This document shows positions 30,404 to 38,916 of a stretch of 39,653 nt of DNA, one piece after another. The DNA is from a virus. Made by a program: the position numbers and the translations under genes. Location: IMG/VR virus record IMGVR_UViG_3300045988_114594, positions 1 to 39,653 of that record; one strand, written 5' to 3'. Numbering within the stretch: position 1 is the first letter of the stretch; each line of letters starts with the position of its first letter. Below the pieces are notes generated by a model. The model searched no databases. It saw nothing but the letters and a program-made list of their open reading frames with translations, and was not told where the DNA came from.

Positions 30404-31859
30404 GCCCCGCCTGTCCGACATCGCGAAGCACCTCATCCTGCCTGAGGGCATCACGTCCACGGGCTGGCCGCGAGTGCGCGACCGGTGCAAGCTCTTCTCG
30501 CTCGGCTTCGACCGCTGGCAGGATGGGCTGGGGCGTGGAATTCTAGCGAAGCGGGATAGTGGCCTCTATGCGGCCGGCATTGATGGCGTGCAGGTCTCGA
30601 TGCCGCGCCAGGTGGGCAAGACCTACACCTTCGGGGCGATCATCTTCGCCTTGTGCACCCTCCAGAAGGGCCTGTTCGTCCTCTGGACGGCGCACCGCAC
30701 GAGGACGGCAGATGAGACGTTCGCGGCGATGCAGGGCCTCGCCCTGAAGCCCGAGATCGCCCCGTACATCGACGGCCGACCGAGGCAGGCGAACGGCCAG
30801 CAACAGATCAAGTTCACCAACGGCAGTCGCATCCTGTTCGGCGCCCGTGAGGGCGGCTTCGGTCGCGGTTTCGCTGGCGTCGACATCATCGTCTTTGACG
30901 AGGCGCAGATTCTCGGCCAGCGCGCCCTGGATGACATGGTGCCCGCGGTCAACACCGCCCCGAACCCGCTCATCCTGCGGTTGGGGACGCCACCGCGCCC
31001 GACTGACCCTAGCGAGGCGTTCAGCGGCTTCCGCAAGGCGGCGCTCGCGGGCGAGCTGTCCGATGGCCTGTATGTCGAGGTCGGCGCGGATGACGACGCG
31101 GACCCTGACGACCGCCGCCAGTGGCGGAAGGCTAACCCGAGCTTCCCGCACCGGACGCCGGAGTCGGCGATCCTCAGGATGAAGCGCCATCTGGGGCCAG
31201 AGAGTTTCCGGCGTGAGGGTCTGGGGATCTGGGATCCGGAGGTCGCTAGCCAGGCGATTGGTCGTGAGGCGTGGAACGCGCTGACGGTGGATGAGCCGCC
31301 GTCTGGGCTGCGCTGGTGCGCCGCCGTGAGGTTCTCGGTGGACGGCTCCACGGTCGCCCTGGCCCGTGCCGGCCGGAAGCCTGAGCGTAAGAGCGAGGCG
31401 GTCTACGGCCAACTGTGCACCTCCCAGGGGGTGCGCAACATGGGCGAAGGCGTCCGCTGGATCATCGACTACCTCACCGAGCACCGGGACCGCTGGGCGC
31501 AGATCGTCGTCGACGGCAAGTCCGGCGCGGGCGACCTGGTCGACCGACTCAGGGCCGCAGGATTCAGCCCCAAGACCATCTGGACGCCGACGACAGACCA
31601 GGTCATCAGCGCTCACGCGATGATGGACGCCGCCATCCGGGACCGGTCCCTGTCGCACCCGGACGACGCCGAGCTAGAGGCTGAGGCCGCCGTCATCAGT
31701 CGCCGGAAGATCGGCGCGTCCGGCGGGTTCGGCTGGACTGCGCCGGAGGGGATGACGTCGGCGGGCATGGATGCACTGACTATGGCCCACTGGGCCGCGA
31801 AGACAACGAAGCGCAGGCCGCGCGAACTGGCCGCTAGAAGTGTGGGGGTGGTGATGTGA
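30384..31859 (+). CDS. terL: Terminase large subunit
   Basis: Walker A-like MPRQVGKTY and Walker B DIIVFDEAQ are present. The product is about 491 aa. The GGAGGA RBS favours ATG 30384 over ATG 30378. Confidence 0.9.
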   Translation: MGSGTSEPRLSDIAKHLILPEGITSTGWPRVRDRCKLFSLGFDRWQDGLGRGILAKRDSGLYAAGIDGVQVSMPRQVGKTYTFGAIIFALCTLQKGLFVLWTAHRTRTADETFAAMQGLALKPEIAPYIDGRPRQANGQQQIKFTNGSRILFGAREGGFGRGFAGVDIIVFDEAQILGQRALDDMVPAVNTAPNPLILRLGTPPRPTDPSEAFSGFRKAALAGELSDGLYVEVGADDDADPDDRRQWRKANPSFPHRTPESAILRMKRHLGPESFRREGLGIWDPEVASQAIGREAWNALTVDEPPSGLRWCAAVRFSVDGSTVALARAGRKPERKSEAVYGQLCTSQGVRNMGEGVRWIIDYLTEHRDRWAQIVVDGKSGAGDLVDRLRAAGFSPKTIWTPTTDQVISAHAMMDAAIRDRSLSHPDDAELEAEAAVISRRKIGASGGFGWTAPEGMTSAGMDALTMAHWAAKTTKRRPRELAARSVGVVM

Positions 31860-33343
31860 TGGACTTCCAGGCCTACTACAGCCCCGTCCCGACCGACGTC
31901 ATCGGCCTGGCCGAGGACGACGCCGCCCTCATGGCCCGCCTGGTCAAGCAATGGCAGGCCAAGCGCGCCCGGAACGCGCTGCGCCGCCAGTACCGGGACA
32001 TGCAGGTGAACGTCGCGTTCCTGGGCGCCTCCGTGCCCCCCTACATGAGGGACCAACTGGATATCGTGTGTGGCTGGCCTGACAAGGCGGTCACCTCCTT
32101 GGCGTCCCGGTGTATGTGGGATGGGGTGACGTCGCCGTCGGGCGAGGAGGACCCCCTGGGGGCCATGAGCCTCCTGCACGACAACCGGTTCGATCTGCTG
32201 GTGCCCGAGCTTGTGGACGCGACGCTGACCTACTGCTGCAGTTTCGTGGTGGCTCTGCCGGGGGACACGGCTGCGGGTGACCCTGACGTGGTTGTGACGG
32301 GCGCTGACGCCCTGTGGGCGACGGGCCTGTGGGACGTCAGGCGTCGTGGCCTGGAGGCCGGCTTGCTGGTGGACTCCGCTGACGATAACGGCAAGCCCAC
32401 GTCGATGCTCCTCCTCACCAGCGAGCACGTCACGCGCCTGGCCCTGGGGGATCGGGGGTGGGTGGCCGTCGCCCGCATGGATCACTCCCTGGGGCGCGTC
32501 CCGATGGAGCCGCTTCCGTACCGGCCCGCGCTCGGCCGGCCGTTTGGGCGGTCGCGCATCAGCCGCGAGGTCATGTCCATCACGGACCGCGTGGTGCGCG
32601 CCGGCTTCCGCACCGAGGTCAGTAGCGACCTGTACGCGGCCCCGGCGCTACTGTTGCTGGGCGCGGACGAGCAGATGTTCCAGAACGCCCAGGGTGAGAA
32701 GGCCCCGCTCTGGTCCTGGTACATGGGGCGCCTGAAGAGCCTGCCGAAGGATGAGGACGGGGACAAGCCTGACCTCCAGGTGATCCCGCAGCAGAGCATG
32801 GAGCCGTTCCTGGCGATGAAGCGCGCGCTCGCAGCGGAGTTCGCTTCGGCGACGTCGCTGCCGATCTCCGCGCTCGGGATCGTCCAGGACAATCCGTCCT
32901 CGGCTGAGGCGATCTACGCCGCCAAGGAGGACCTTGTCATCGAGGCGCAGAACACGACGCGATCGATCGGCTACGGCCTGAACCGGATCGTGCAGGACGC
33001 GATCTGCCTCCGTGACGGCATCCCGGTGACGGAGATGGACGATGAGGTGCGGAACCTCGCGACCCGCTGGCGCAACCCGGCGATGCCGTCCGTCGTCAGC
33101 CAGTCCGACGCCGTGGTCAAGCAGATCAGCGCGATCCCGGAGCTTGCTCAGACTGACGTGGCCCTGGAGGAACTGGGGTACAGCGCTGAGCAGATCGTCA
33201 GGATTCGGTCGCAGATCAAGCGGGCGCAGGCTGGTGGGGTGCTGGATCGTCTGCTGGCGTCCACGCCTGCCCCGGCCGCGCCTGCGCCGCAGGAGCCCGC
33301 TGAGGCCCCGGTCGAGGTGACTAGCGGTGGCGACGCGGGCTGA
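31856..33343 (+). CDS. Portal protein
   Basis: This 495-aa ORF overlaps the TerL stop. Its size and position are typical of a portal protein. Confidence 0.8.
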   Translation: MMDFQAYYSPVPTDVIGLAEDDAALMARLVKQWQAKRARNALRRQYRDMQVNVAFLGASVPPYMRDQLDIVCGWPDKAVTSLASRCMWDGVTSPSGEEDPLGAMSLLHDNRFDLLVPELVDATLTYCCSFVVALPGDTAAGDPDVVVTGADALWATGLWDVRRRGLEAGLLVDSADDNGKPTSMLLLTSEHVTRLALGDRGWVAVARMDHSLGRVPMEPLPYRPALGRPFGRSRISREVMSITDRVVRAGFRTEVSSDLYAAPALLLLGADEQMFQNAQGEKAPLWSWYMGRLKSLPKDEDGDKPDLQVIPQQSMEPFLAMKRALAAEFASATSLPISALGIVQDNPSSAEAIYAAKEDLVIEAQNTTRSIGYGLNRIVQDAICLRDGIPVTEMDDEVRNLATRWRNPAMPSVVSQSDAVVKQISAIPELAQTDVALEELGYSAEQIVRIRSQIKRAQAGGVLDRLLASTPAPAAPAPQEPAEAPVEVTSGGDAG

Positions 33344-34076
33344 CCTGGAGCGCCTGTCCCGTGGCCTGGATGAGGTCACGAGGATGGCGCTGGCGGCCCT
33401 GTCGTCGGCGTTCGGGCGCTTGGACCTGTCCGGCCCTGAGGCTGCGCGTGATGCTCTCCTGGTGGTGATGCCGGCCATCGCCGCCCAGTACGGCGACCTA
33501 GCCGCGTCCAGTGCTGCGGAGTGGTATGAGCGGCTGCGTGCTGACGCCGTTGGCGGCACCTACTCGGCCGTCCTGGCTGACGGGCCGTCCGAGGTGCAGG
33601 TGGCGCAGGCGACTCGCTGGGCGGTCGGCGGCCTGTGGGGCGCGGAACCGACTGGGGTGCAGGCCACCCTGGGGAACACGCTGGCCCGATTCATTGGGCA
33701 GCAGGGGAAGGACACGGTGCACCGGAACGTCGCCGTCGACCCTGCCCGCCCTCGGTGGGCGCGTGTGCCCGGCCCTGGTGGCTGTTGCGCCTGGTGCAGC
33801 ATGCTCGCGTCCCGTGGTTTCGTCTACGCCAGTGCTGCGACGGCCGGCAAGGGGCACGCCTACCACGATCACTGCTCGTGCGTCCCAACGCCACTATGGA
33901 AGGGGCAGAAGCCGTCGATCGACGGCTATGACCCGAAGGCCCTGCGTACCGCCTATGACAAGGCCAGGGCTGCCGTGAAGGCGTCCGGTGCCACTGTCGA
34001 TGACAAGGCTATCGCCGCCGAGATGCGCCGCCTTTCACCTGAGTCTTTCACTGACGGGGTTACCCCCGCCGAGTGA
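33327..34076 (+). CDS. MuF-like head morphogenesis / minor capsid protein
   Basis: The ORF starts with GTG and encodes 249 aa. The conserved C-terminal pattern is ARVP.PGGCCAWCSMLASRGFVY...HAYHDHCSCVP. Confidence 0.7.
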   Translation: MATRADLERLSRGLDEVTRMALAALSSAFGRLDLSGPEAARDALLVVMPAIAAQYGDLAASSAAEWYERLRADAVGGTYSAVLADGPSEVQVAQATRWAVGGLWGAEPTGVQATLGNTLARFIGQQGKDTVHRNVAVDPARPRWARVPGPGGCCAWCSMLASRGFVYASAATAGKGHAYHDHCSCVPTPLWKGQKPSIDGYDPKALRTAYDKARAAVKASGATVDDKAIAAEMRRLSPESFTDGVTPAE

Positions 34077-34158
34077 CCCAACCATACCTATGAGCCCCTG
34101 CCGCGATGGTGGGGGCTTTGTCGTGCCGCGATGGCACCTATCACCGAGGGAGAGCCCA

Positions 34159-34740
34159 ATGCGCAAGACCGTCCAGACCGCTGAGGCCGCCAGTGCCGAT
34201 GAGTCCGCGGAGCCGACCGAGGCCACCGAGACCACCGAGCAGACCAGTGGGAAGCCCGCGACGGGCGACGCCACCGACACGCTCGGAGACGCCGGCAAGA
34301 AGGCCCTAGCCGCCGAGCGCGCCGCCCGCCGAGAGGCCGAGAAGCGCGCCAACGACCTCGCAGCCCAGATCAAGGCAGCCGAGGACGCAGGCAAGACCGA
34401 AGCCCAGAAGCAGGCCGATGCGCTCGCCAGCCTCCAGGCCGACCTGGCCGCGATGCGGGCCGAGAAGGAGCGCGCCGAGGTCGCCGCCAAGACCGGTGTC
34501 CCCGTCGACATCCTCGCTGGCCCCGGCGACGACCCCGCCGCGTGGGCCGAGCAGGTCAAGGCGTGGGCCACCGAGCAGGCCAAGCCCGCCGAGGCCCCCA
34601 CCCAGCCGGTCGTCCGCCACCACGGTAACCCGCCCGGAGCGGGGGCCGCATCCCTCGATGAGCAGATCGCCGCAGCCGAAGCGGCCGGGGACCGGACACT
34701 CACGGCCTCCCTGAAGGCCCTGAAGCTCGGCTCCCACTGA
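34159..34740 (+). CDS. Scaffolding protein
   Basis: The 193-aa product is Ala/Glu/Lys-rich and coiled-coil. The gene lies directly upstream of the capsid gene. Confidence 0.75.
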   Translation: MRKTVQTAEAASADESAEPTEATETTEQTSGKPATGDATDTLGDAGKKALAAERAARREAEKRANDLAAQIKAAEDAGKTEAQKQADALASLQADLAAMRAEKERAEVAAKTGVPVDILAGPGDDPAAWAEQVKAWATEQAKPAEAPTQPVVRHHGNPPGAGAASLDEQIAAAEAAGDRTLTASLKALKLGSH

Positions 34741-34765
34741 TGAGCCATCACGAACGAAAGGAGCC

Positions 34766-35740
34766 ATGATGCCCGGCATTACCGGCATGGCAACCACCTA
34801 CAACTGCCCGAACTACGTCGGCGAGCTCTTCGCTGCGTCCCCGGAGGACACGCCGCTGCTGTCCTCCATCGGCGGCCTGACCGGCGGTGTCCCCGTCGGT
34901 GGCACCAACTTCTCCTGGTCCGGCTACGACCTACGCGACGCCGAGGACGGCCGCCAGCGCACTGAGGGCGCTACCGCCCCCGCCGCTGAGGGCCGCGCCC
35001 GCTTCGCCGCCAGCAACGTCGTCGAGGTCCGCCAGGAGAAGGTGTCCGTCTCCTACACCAAGCAGGGTGCGACCCGCCAGGTCACCCCGGCGACCGGGGC
35101 GACGACCGTCACCATCGGTGACACCGTTCTGCCCGCCGACGAACTGGCCTGGCAGATCGGCACCGAGCTGAAGCAGATCGCCCGCGACGTCGAGAAGACC
35201 TTCATCACCGGGAAGTACGCCAATCCGACGGACAACCAGACGCCCCGCAAGACCCGCGGCCTCATCGAGGCGATCACCACGAACGTGGCGACCACCACCC
35301 ACAAGGCCGCCGAACTGACCGAGGCCGACATCCTCGACCTCATCGAGAAGGTGTGGACGAACGGCGGCCTCCAGGAGGGCGAGACCCGGACCATCATCGT
35401 CAACTCGAAGATCAAGCGCGCCCTCACCCGCATCTTCATCAAGGACGCCAAGTACCAGGAGGGCACCCGCAACGTCGGTGGCGTCAACCTGAAGACCCTG
35501 GAGACCGATTTCGGGGTCATGAACGTGATGCTGAACCGGTACGTGCCGGCCGACAAGCTGATCGTGGCTTCCCTGGAGCAGCTGGCTCCGGCGTTCCTGG
35601 AGATTCCCGGCAAGGGGCATTTCTTCGCGGAGCCGCTGGCGAAGACCGGCGCGTCGGATGACGTGCAGATCTACGGGGAGATCGGCCTCCAGTACGGCAA
35701 CGAGAAGGCTCACGGTGTCCTGACCGTGGCCGCTGACTGA
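34766..35740 (+). CDS. Major capsid protein
   Basis: The 324-aa product has a GAAAGGAG RBS and the N-terminal motif NCPNYVGELF..SPEDTPLLSSIGG. A strong hairpin follows the gene. Confidence 0.85.
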   Translation: MMPGITGMATTYNCPNYVGELFAASPEDTPLLSSIGGLTGGVPVGGTNFSWSGYDLRDAEDGRQRTEGATAPAAEGRARFAASNVVEVRQEKVSVSYTKQGATRQVTPATGATTVTIGDTVLPADELAWQIGTELKQIARDVEKTFITGKYANPTDNQTPRKTRGLIEAITTNVATTTHKAAELTEADILDLIEKVWTNGGLQEGETRTIIVNSKIKRALTRIFIKDAKYQEGTRNVGGVNLKTLETDFGVMNVMLNRYVPADKLIVASLEQLAPAFLEIPGKGHFFAEPLAKTGASDDVQIYGEIGLQYGNEKAHGVLTVAAD

Positions 35741-35748
35741 CCGGCGTA

Positions 35749-35777
35749 GGGGCGCCCCGCGCACTGTGGGGCGCCCC
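35749..35777 (+). terminator. Hairpin/attenuator after the capsid gene
   Basis: GGGGCGCCCC-N9-GGGGCGCCCC forms a 10-bp stem. Each arm is itself palindromic. Confidence 0.65.
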
Positions 35778-35799
35778 GCCTGTCTGAGAGGAGGGGATC

Positions 35800-36000
35800 A
35801 TGAGGATCACCTGTGAGCGTCACCCGAATCTGCTCATCACTCACCCGCGGGTCGAGTTTGTGGACGGGGTGGCTGACGTCGATGAGGAGACCGTCACGGC
35901 CCTGTCTCCGCTCCTGGATGCGTTCGGGATTGACGCCGCCGACATCGGTGGCGAGCACGCCGAGAGCAAGGAGTCCCCGAAGCGGGGCAAGAATGGCTGA
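35800..36000 (+). CDS. Hypothetical protein (head-tail module)
   Basis: This 66-aa ORF has a GAGGAGGGG RBS. Confidence 0.5.
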   Translation: MRITCERHPNLLITHPRVEFVDGVADVDEETVTALSPLLDAFGIDAADIGGEHAESKESPKRGKNG

Positions 36001-36394
36001 CGCCTTCGCCACGGTCGAGGACCTGGAGGCGCGTTGGCGTGGCCTGTCTGAGCAGGAGCGGAAGCGGGCCGCGGTCCTCCTGGAGGATGCGACGGACCTC
36101 ATCAAGTCGTCCGCACCAAGGTGGCAGCACGCTTCCCTAGGGACGCTGAAGCGCATCGCCTGCGCGGTCGTGAAGCGGGCACTCCAGGCGGAGCAGGGGG
36201 CGGCTGATGGGCTCCCAGAGCCCAGGGGTCTCCTGTCCAGCGAGATGCACGTTACTGGCCCGTTCACCGACCAATACGCCTACAGCAACCCGGAGGGCGA
36301 TTTGTTCCTGCGGGCTGCTGAACTGAAGCAACTGGGCGGCCGACGCTCGGCGGCCTTCGAGGTGGATCTGCTGGCTCCGGCGGTGACCCCGTGA
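35993..36394 (+). CDS. Head-tail connector (gp6-like)
   Basis: The 133-aa product starts ADAFATVEDLEARWRGLSEQERKRAAVLLEDATDLI, which is typical of connector proteins. Confidence 0.65.
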   Translation: MADAFATVEDLEARWRGLSEQERKRAAVLLEDATDLIKSSAPRWQHASLGTLKRIACAVVKRALQAEQGAADGLPEPRGLLSSEMHVTGPFTDQYAYSNPEGDLFLRAAELKQLGGRRSAAFEVDLLAPAVTP

Positions 36395-36732
36395 TCGCCG
36401 CCGGGCTGGTCGCCGTGACGAGACTCAGGGCGGGCGACGGCGGCACAGATCAGTACGGTGAGGCTGTCCCCGGACCGGTCTTGGAGAGTGCCCTGCCGCC
36501 CGCCCTGTTCAACCCTGGCGGCACGTCGGAGCCGGTCACTGCCGGGTCAGCGCCGGTCGTCAGCCAGCCGACCCTGTACTGGCGCGGGAAGCACCCGGAT
36601 ATCCGCTCATCGGACCTGCTGCGCATCGCAGGCACCACGTACCGCGTCGAGGGTGCCCCGGCGCGCTGGCCCAAGGGGACCGTGGTGACGCTCCACGCCG
36701 CCACCGACCCACACCAGACGGGGGGTGCCTGA
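36391..36732 (+). CDS. Head closure / head-tail adaptor protein
   Basis: This 113-aa ORF is GTGA-coupled. The assignment is by position. Confidence 0.55.
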   Translation: MIAAGLVAVTRLRAGDGGTDQYGEAVPGPVLESALPPALFNPGGTSEPVTAGSAPVVSQPTLYWRGKHPDIRSSDLLRIAGTTYRVEGAPARWPKGTVVTLHAATDPHQTGGA

Positions 36733-36989
36733 TGGGCGTCGTGAGATTCAAGCTCGACCGCAAGGGCATCCAGGCGCTCGTGTCCTCAGATGAGGCCCAG
36801 AGCGTCGTCAACGAGGCCGCCGAGGAACTGCGAGCCCGCGCCGGGGACGGTTTCAAGGTCCACTCCTCCAACAAGGGGAAGCGCGCCCGCGCCTACGTTC
36901 ACGCCGGCACGCGGGAGGCGGGCATGGAGCAGATCAAGCATCACACCTTGGAGAGGGTGCTGGGCGGCATCGGGGGAGGTGACGGCTGA
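36732..36989 (+). CDS. Neck / tail-component protein (HK97 gp10-like position)
   Basis: This 85-aa ORF is coupled through TGATG. Confidence 0.5.
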   Translation: MGVVRFKLDRKGIQALVSSDEAQSVVNEAAEELRARAGDGFKVHSSNKGKRARAYVHAGTREAGMEQIKHHTLERVLGGIGGGDG

Positions 36990-37375
36990 TGGCCGGCATG
37001 TCTCGGGACACGAAGGCCCTGGTGATGGCCGCGTTGAAGGCGGCCTTGCCTGACGTGCAGGTCGTGTCCAGCGTCCCCTATGCGAATGGGGACCCGCCGG
37101 ATCCTCTGGTCCTGGTGATCGCTACGGGTGGGCAGGGGCAGCACCAGCGGGTCCTCTCCACCGGTCAGGTCACCATCGACAGTTTCGCTCCCACTACGGG
37201 CCAGGCAATGCGCCTGGCCCTTCGTGTTGATGCAGCGATCAACGCCCTCATGGCCGGTCACGACTGGCCGGTCACGAAGGTCACGGGGAACGCCCCATCT
37301 GAGTCGCCCGACCCGACTATCACGGCCGCCCGCGCGACGGCCACCTACCAGATCACCACACGGAACCAACCGTAA
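36989..37375 (+). CDS. Tail terminator / tail completion protein
   Basis: This 128-aa ORF lies directly upstream of the major tail gene. Confidence 0.5.
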   Translation: MAGMSRDTKALVMAALKAALPDVQVVSSVPYANGDPPDPLVLVIATGGQGQHQRVLSTGQVTIDSFAPTTGQAMRLALRVDAAINALMAGHDWPVTKVTGNAPSESPDPTITAARATATYQITTRNQP

Positions 37376-37385
37376 GGAGAAACCA

Positions 37386-37988
37386 ATGGCAGTGAATGCC
37401 GACAACGTGCTTGGCTTTGGGTCGGACGATGACTCACTTTTCCTGGGCCCCTATGACGCCGCCCTCGCCACCAAGATTCAGGGCCTCACCACCGCCGTCC
37501 CCGCCACCCTGAAGGACTGCGGATGGCTCAGTGATGACGGTATCAAGCTGACCATGGACGACTCCGTCACCAAGATCAAAGGCCACCAAGGCCATGGGGT
37601 GGTTCGCACCTTCATGGACTCCTCGGAGACCGGCCTGGAGGCCGCCCTCCTGGAGTCGCAGTTGGACATCGTGACCCGCTTCCTGAACGCGAAGGCCGAG
37701 AAGATTCAGGAGCAGATCGGGGCCGGCCCGCAGAAGACCGACGTCGCCAAACTGACGGCGAAGGCGCAGCGCACGGTGACCGTGCTCAGTGGCGTCCTCG
37801 ACGTCTTCGACACCGCCTCCACCGGGGACGCCCGCACCCGCATGCGGATCGTCTTCCCCCGCCTGGAACTGGGTGAGCGCGGCGAGGTCGCCTTCAAGGT
37901 GGGCGAACTGACGGCCTGGTCCTACAAGCTGAGCGTCCTGGGCGACTACGTCATCTACTCCAACGCGAAGTCGCTGATCCCGGCCTGA
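37386..37988 (+). CDS. Major tail protein
   Basis: This 200-aa ORF has an AAGGAGA RBS, is followed by a hairpin, and lies upstream of the chaperone pair. Confidence 0.75.
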   Translation: MAVNADNVLGFGSDDDSLFLGPYDAALATKIQGLTTAVPATLKDCGWLSDDGIKLTMDDSVTKIKGHQGHGVVRTFMDSSETGLEAALLESQLDIVTRFLNAKAEKIQEQIGAGPQKTDVAKLTAKAQRTVTVLSGVLDVFDTASTGDARTRMRIVFPRLELGERGEVAFKVGELTAWSYKLSVLGDYVIYSNAKSLIPA

Positions 37989-38008
37989 TAAGGCCCTCAT
38001 TCTCCCTG

Positions 38009-38041
38009 CCCCGGCGCGGATGGTCGGTCCCTGCGCCGGGG
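38009..38041 (+). terminator. Hairpin after the major tail gene
   Basis: CCCCGGCGC-N15-GCGCCGGGG. Confidence 0.55.
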
Positions 38042-38089
38042 TGGGGTCACCACACACCTGGGACCGCCAACCACCTGAAAGGGACCGAC

Positions 38090-38449
38090 ATGACTAGCAA
38101 GAAGACGAGCAAGACGGCCGAGCACGCCCGCGAGATTGGGGCTGCGACACCGAAGGACTTCCAGGAGGCTGAGGCCAACGGCGGCGGCGTCGTTGAGGTG
38201 ACCGTCGACGGCCTCACCATCGAGGTCGACCCGACGGCTTTCCAGTCCGACTGGGAGGTGATCGAGGCGCTGGCCGCCATGGAGGACGGTAGTGTCTCCC
38301 CTGCCGCGATGATGCGCGTGACCAAGGCGCTCCTGGGTGACGCCTACGACGAGGTGAAGGCTCACGTCCGCAAGGACGGCAAGGTGTCGGCCGACGCCAT
38401 GGGTGAGTTCCTGACGAAGGTTTTCGAGGTCCTGAACGCGGGAAACTGA
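38090..38449 (+). CDS. Tail assembly chaperone (gpG-like)
   Basis: This 119-aa ORF lies between the major tail and tape measure genes. It ends with the slippery GGGAAAC sequence. Confidence 0.75.
   Translation: MTSKKTSKTAEHAREIGAATPKDFQEAEANGGGVVEVTVDGLTIEVDPTAFQSDWEVIEALAAMEDGSVSPAAMMRVTKALLGDAYDEVKAHVRKDGKVSADAMGEFLTKVFEVLNAGN
38440..38446 (+). promoter_or_regulatory. -1 programmed ribosomal frameshift slippery heptamer G GGA AAC
   Basis: The X XXY YYZ heptamer is in the correct zero-frame phase. The -1 frame continues into ORF 38449-38850 without a stop. Confidence 0.7.
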
Positions 38450-38850
38450 TGGCCCTCCCCGCGCTCCTGCGAGAGCATGGGGAGGAGATCGAAGCCGACC
38501 TGCTCAGGGTCTATGGCGTCGACCTGCTGGACCTCTACCGGGGCCGGCTGACGCCTAGGCGGCTGCTGGTCCTCATCCGGGGCCTCCCGCCCGGCTCGGC
38601 CCTGGGTAGGGCCATGGGCGGGGACGTCGCCCTCTCAGATGAGGTCACCGCAGTCAGGATGGCCGCCTGGCAGATCTGCTGCTACATCGCCTCCGCCGTC
38701 GGAGCCAAGCAGTCCGACCTGCCGAAGCCTCCGCAGCCGCCCGAACCGGGCTGGCAGGCCAAGGCGCGGGAGGCGCAGGAGCGGCAGGACGCCAAGGCGC
38801 GCCGCTGGCTCGCCAGGCACCCAGAACTGGCCGCCCAGGCCAGCACATAA
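38449..38850 (+). CDS. Tail assembly chaperone, frameshift extension (gpT-like; expressed as a G-T fusion from 38090)
   Basis: This 133-codon ORF lies in the -1 frame relative to 38090-38449 and starts at the upstream stop. It is in the canonical position before the tape measure gene. Confidence 0.7.
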   Translation: MALPALLREHGEEIEADLLRVYGVDLLDLYRGRLTPRRLLVLIRGLPPGSALGRAMGGDVALSDEVTAVRMAAWQICCYIASAVGAKQSDLPKPPQPPEPGWQAKAREAQERQDAKARRWLARHPELAAQAST

Positions 38851-38859
38851 CCACACACG

Positions 38860-38894
38860 GGGAGGCCCCACAGCACGCCGCTGTGGGGCCTCCC
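38860..38894 (+). other. Perfect 15-bp-stem hairpin between the chaperone and tape measure genes
   Basis: GGGAGGCCCCACAGC-ACGCC-GCTGTGGGGCCTCCC. No U-tract follows. Confidence 0.5.
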
Positions 38895-38916
38895 AGCATA
38901 TAGAGGAGGGGCCGGG

